Below, piece after piece: positions 29,868 through 33,272 of a DNA stretch of 33,272 bases. The position numbers and the translations under genes are program-made. The stretch covers positions 21,547 through 54,818 of the forward strand of contig JBBDRO010000019.1 of assembly GCA_040905425.1 (NCBI GenBank), in the 5' to 3' direction. The notes under the pieces are model-generated. The model was given only the letters and a program-made list of their open reading frames with translations, was not told the DNA's origin and ran no database searches. The stretch comes from Gemmatimonadota bacterium. GTDB taxonomy: Bacteria; Gemmatimonadota; Gemmatimonadetes; Longimicrobiales; RSA9. Every line of letters starts with the position of its first letter. The stretch's first letter is position 1.

Positions 29868-29993
29868 ATGAACATTCTGATCGCCGGCCACGAGGAGCGC
29901 GCGCGCACCGATCCGGTGGTCATCGAGCAGGCCGAGGTGACCGCGCGCGCGGAGCGCATCAGGGAGGGCATCCGCCGGCGGTTGGAGCGGTAG
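29868..29993 (+). CDS. 41-aa small ORF, possible deletion remnant
   Basis: MNILIAGHEERARTDPVVIEQAEVTARAERIREGIRRRLER*; starts 3 nt after the apaG stop, with mostly G/C-ending codons. Confidence 0.45.
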   Translation: MNILIAGHEERARTDPVVIEQAEVTARAERIREGIRRRLER

Positions 29994-30040
29994 ACCTTTG
30001 ACGGGCAACGCTGCCCGGATCCTTCCACCCTGGAGGTCCC

Positions 30041-30577
30041 ATGTCGCCGATCTGGTGGCTCATCATCCTGCTCATCGTGGCGATCCTGTTTTTCTTCTTG
30101 CTGAGGGGACGGCTGGCGCGGCCGGCCCCGGCCCGCCCCGAGGGCAATACCAGCCAGAACGTCGGCATCAACCAGGTGAGCCTTGCCGTGGCTCCGACAT
30201 CGGTGCCGTGTGACGGAGCGACCAAGTTCGTGTGCACGGTGACGGCCAGCGGATGGTCGGCCGACGGGATCTCGCGAAACGTCGGCATCGACTTCTATGA
30301 CGATGAGGCGTTTCCGGACCATCTGGACCACGATCCAAAGCCAGGAGCTGGCGCCATCGGCATCGTCATCGGGCAGCAGATTCCGGGTGGGCTGTGGCCC
30401 TGGACCCTCACCCACACGAACAGCTCACTTTACTGCGACACCGGGTGCAACGTCGTGGGTCCAGAGGGCAGCAGTGGCGAGAGCGATCCGCAGGTGTACG
30501 TGAAGCTCACGATCTCCCATGATACGAGGCCCTGGAAGGAGTCGAATCGGGTGCAGCTGGAGTGCGCCAGTGACTGA
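30041..30577 (+). CDS. Hypothetical membrane-anchored protein, beta-rich and Cys-containing
   Basis: GGAGG SD, N-terminal TM (IWWLIILLIVAILFFFLL), five Cys residues. Confidence 0.7.
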   Translation: MSPIWWLIILLIVAILFFFLLRGRLARPAPARPEGNTSQNVGINQVSLAVAPTSVPCDGATKFVCTVTASGWSADGISRNVGIDFYDDEAFPDHLDHDPKPGAGAIGIVIGQQIPGGLWPWTLTHTNSSLYCDTGCNVVGPEGSSGESDPQVYVKLTISHDTRPWKESNRVQLECASD

Positions 30578-30578
30578 A

Positions 30579-31070
30579 ATGCGCGCCCGCAAGGGCGGCG
30601 CGCACATCATCAGACTTCACACGAGGACCGCATGGACGGTGTGGTCCCTGGCAGGGGTGCTGACGCTGGCGGGCTGCGAACGATCCGAACCGGCGGATCC
30701 GGCACCAGCACCCGCCACGGACCTACGCGCCGTCCTTGAGCGCCTCGTGCGGGGTCCGAAAGTGCCGCCTTCCGCGGAGGACGAGCACAGCTGGTTCTCC
30801 GCCGCCACTGCCGGCGTCCTGGACTCCGTGACGGTCGATACGGCTGGACACGCCACGGTGGACTTCCAGGATCTTCGGCCGCTCATCGGCAACGCGTCCA
30901 CCTCGGCAGGCAGCGCGCTGCTCATGGAGGACCTGAACGAGGCGGTGTTCAGCGTGGCTGGCATCGAATCGGTGGAGTACCGCATGGAGGGGAGCTGCGA
31001 GCTGTTCTGGGAGTGGCTCCAGTACGCTTGTCAGACCGTCACCCGGGAGCAAGCCACGGGGCGCAGATGA
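30579..31070 (+). CDS. GerMN-domain lipoprotein
   Basis: LAGC lipobox; LERLVRGP...SWFS...ATVDF...NASTSAGS..L..AVFS...VEYRMEGSC pattern. Confidence 0.75.
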   Translation: MRARKGGAHIIRLHTRTAWTVWSLAGVLTLAGCERSEPADPAPAPATDLRAVLERLVRGPKVPPSAEDEHSWFSAATAGVLDSVTVDTAGHATVDFQDLRPLIGNASTSAGSALLMEDLNEAVFSVAGIESVEYRMEGSCELFWEWLQYACQTVTREQATGRR

Positions 31071-31144
31071 CCGGCGCGGCCGCGCACGATCTCTACCACG
31101 CCGGGCAGATCCGGCTCATCCGGCGCATGTTCGAGGATCGCTGA
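31067..31144 (+). pseudogene. DinB-family remnant (start codon joined to C-terminal helix)
   Basis: MTGAAAHDLYHAGQIRLIRRMFEDR*, containing the HxxYHxGQI C-terminal DinB motif; ATGA overlap with the upstream gene. Confidence 0.7.
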
Positions 31145-31189
31145 CATTTCCGGCGCCGGTGCAGCGTGCGCAGGGCGGGCCGGATCCGG

Positions 31190-32137
31190 CTACCTCAGAT
31201 CCTCTCCCACCTCCGTGACCAGGCAGTCCGGGCAGATGCCGTGGCTGAAGCGCGTCTTCGTGTGCTGGGAGATGTAGTTCTCCACGGTGTGCCAGTAGTC
31301 CTCGTCATCGCGGATCTTCCGGCAGTACATGCAGATCGGCAGGATGTCCCGCAGGGCCTTCACCTCAGCCAGCGACGCCTCGAGCGAGCGCACGAGTTCG
31401 GCGCGCTCGGCCTCGGCCTGCTTGCGGGCGGTCACGTCCCGCGCCACCGAGTAGATGACACCCTCCGCCGACCGTGGAGCCGCGTTCCACAGCAGCCAGC
31501 GGTACGACCCGTCCTTGCAGAGGTAGCGGTTTTCGAAATCGGCGGCCTGGCCGCCCGACCTGACCTGTGCGTTCTGCGCCAACGTGCGTTCTCGATCATC
31601 CGGATGAACGAATTCGATGAACGGTCGAGACATCAGCTCCTGGCGCGTGAAGCCGAGCGTTCGTTCCCAGGCAGGGTTGAGCCGGCGGAAGTAACCGTTG
31701 AAGTCCAGGAAGCAGAACAGGTCCCTGGAGATGGCAAAGAAGCCGTCCAGTTCGTGGGCCGTCTGCCTGGCCTGGTATCTGGCCGTGGCCAGGTCCAGGC
31801 AGGTGGTCAACTCGCGATCGCTGAACGGCGGCACCAGATAGCTGTACGGGTGGTCGAGGCCGCTTTGGCGGGGCAACGCCTCGTCCCCGTCACGGCCCAT
31901 GAATACCACCGGCGCGGGGCTGCGGCGCAGGATGGCCGCCGCGCTCGTCACGGCATCCGCAAGGTGGGGCTGGGCCATCTCCACCAGCAGCAGTTCCGGT
32001 GTGAGGGATTCCGCCAGGAGAACGGCTTCACCGCCGGCCGACGCCGTCGCCAGGGCAACGTCGTGGCCGAGCGCGGTGAGCCGCGAATCGAGTTCGGCCG
32101 CCGAGTCGAGGCCGGCTTCAACGATGAGGATGCGCAT
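31190..32137 (-). CDS. Pseudo-receiver + PAS + C-terminal CxxC...CxxC signalling protein
   Basis: MRILIVEAG, LLLVEM, YLVPPF (degenerate REC); LNPAWERTLG...FVHPDDR...KDGSYRW (PAS); LPICMYCRKIRDD...FSHGICPDC. Confidence 0.88.
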   Translation of the reverse strand: MRILIVEAGLDSAAELDSRLTALGHDVALATASAGGEAVLLAESLTPELLLVEMAQPHLADAVTSAAAILRRSPAPVVFMGRDGDEALPRQSGLDHPYSYLVPPFSDRELTTCLDLATARYQARQTAHELDGFFAISRDLFCFLDFNGYFRRLNPAWERTLGFTRQELMSRPFIEFVHPDDRERTLAQNAQVRSGGQAADFENRYLCKDGSYRWLLWNAAPRSAEGVIYSVARDVTARKQAEAERAELVRSLEASLAEVKALRDILPICMYCRKIRDDEDYWHTVENYISQHTKTRFSHGICPDCLVTEVGEDLR

Positions 32138-32345
32138 GCTGCCCTGAATCGTTCGGTGATCGAACGCCCGCCGCCCGCCGGGCGTGCCCGCCTCCAAAGC
32201 TAGCCGCGTCACCGATCCAGTGCAGCCGGAGCAGCGTCGATGTGCATCCGTGACGTCCCCGGAGCGCCGGACGTTGCTCGACCGCCGCTCCCGCCTACAT
32301 TGGCCCCCTTCCACCACCCACGCACCAACGCCACGCCGGAGATCC

Positions 32346-32881
32346 ATGCCTGAATTCCCCGACGCGGACCAGAGTGTAAGCGGCCCCGAGCGGCCCGACA
32401 GGCCCGCTCGGCGCGGTGGTCTTCCTCTCCATGGGCCGCCACCCGCTGGCCGGCCTGGCGGCCGCCTTCGCCGGCGTCTCGGGCGGTTACAGCGCCAACC
32501 TCTTCATCGGCACCATCGACCCGCTGCTGGCCGGCCTCACCGAGGAGGCGGCCCAGCTCATCGCGCCCGATTATCTGGTCCACGCCGCCGTCAACTACTA
32601 CTTCATGGCCGTGAGCGTCTTCCTCATCACCGTCATGGGGGTGGTGGCCACGCTACGCTTCGTGGAACCGCTGCTCGGCCCCTACGATCCGTCGTTGGCC
32701 ATGGAGGACCTGAGCGACGAGGGCCAGCTGGAGCCCCTCACCCGCTCGGAGAAGCGCGGCCTGGCGTGGGCCGCGCTGAGCGTGCTCTTCTTCCTGGCGC
32801 TGGATGGCGCTCTTCTACGTCTGGGTGTTCGGCTTCGGGCTGCCCGTGGGGCCGGGCGCCCCCACGTACTTCACGCCCTAG
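32346..32881 (+). pseudogene. AbgT-family transporter pseudogene with two out-of-frame internal deletions
   Basis: SD + ATG 32346 (MPEFPDAD...), then in another frame from 32404 PLGAVVFLSMGRHPLAGLAAAFAGVSGGYSAN...DPLLAGLT...NYYFM...VEP...EKRGL, then in a shifted frame from 32801 WMALFYVWVFGFGLPVGPG...*. Confidence 0.85.
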
Positions 32882-33272
32882 GAAGCATGCCAGGCCCGCA
32901 GCACCTCCGCCTCGCGTTCGGCGCTGAGGCCCGAGCGGAGTTCCGCCTGCCGCTCCGCTGGCCGGGAGCGGTGGAATTCCAGCGTGGCCCGCGCCGTGTC
33001 CGCCAGCGTGCGGAAGGTCAGGCCGGCCGCCACCTCGCGGCTCAGGTCGAAGCGCGCGAAGCCCGCGTAGGATCCCGTGCCCGGCCGCCACACCGGCATC
33101 TCCGCGTAGGGTCGCACCCGGTGCTCGGCCAGGAAGTCGGCCGGCACCCAGGTCCAGGTGAGCGGCTCACTCGTGACGGCGGCGATGCCGTAGAGCATCT
33201 CGGCCATGGACCGCCCGTTCAGCGGCCCGATGCCCATGAAGCGGCCAAAGGTCCGCTCCTCGCAGAGGCGGA
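32878..33272 (-). CDS. NAD-dependent epimerase/isoflavone-reductase-like protein, C-terminal part (5' truncated)
   Basis: Frame open to the window edge; TWVPADFL...MPVW...AAGLTFRTLADTARATL...GLSAEREAEVLRAW. Confidence 0.75.
   Translation of the reverse strand, partial: RLCEERTFGRFMGIGPLNGRSMAEMLYGIAAVTSEPLTWTWVPADFLAEHRVRPYAEMPVWRPGTGSYAGFARFDLSREVAAGLTFRTLADTARATLEFHRSRPAERQAELRSGLSAEREAEVLRAWHAS

Noticed and set aside
32150..32185. CGTTCG-N5-CGAACG palindrome as a LexA box
   Set aside because: Half-sites are in the opposite orientation and spacing to the CGAAC-N4-GTTCG box, and no SOS gene is adjacent

Overview
High-GC bacterial chromosome segment spanning the replication origin; gene content and protein signatures suggest Gemmatimonadota (inference). 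The left part is the origin cluster: partial M23 peptidase, parB, parA, a lipoprotein, a ~2.1 kb gene-free block, acyP, yidC-yidD-rnpA-rpmH, dnaA, oriC (DnaA boxes plus DnaA-trio unwinding element) and dnaN. The gene-free block holds two parS sites, a tandem pair of NrdR-like boxes, a 170-nt rod-like palindromic element with IS630-type ends, and several tandem repeats. The right part carries a flavin reductase, pyrE, an orphan egtD, and a short-form Rho with a densely structured, possibly pseudoknotted upstream region. That rho overlaps a secreted HExxH-peptidase/beta-propeller gene. Further right are gcvP, an MBL hydrolase, MscS, two orphan histidine kinases, an outer-membrane beta-barrel, an ornithine cyclodeaminase-family gene, apaG, a GerMN lipoprotein and a pseudo-receiver/PAS protein. 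The last ~8 kb shows repeated internal deletions (a PAS domain, a DinB remnant, an AbgT pseudogene). All calls come from reading motifs by eye; no searches or folding computations were run.
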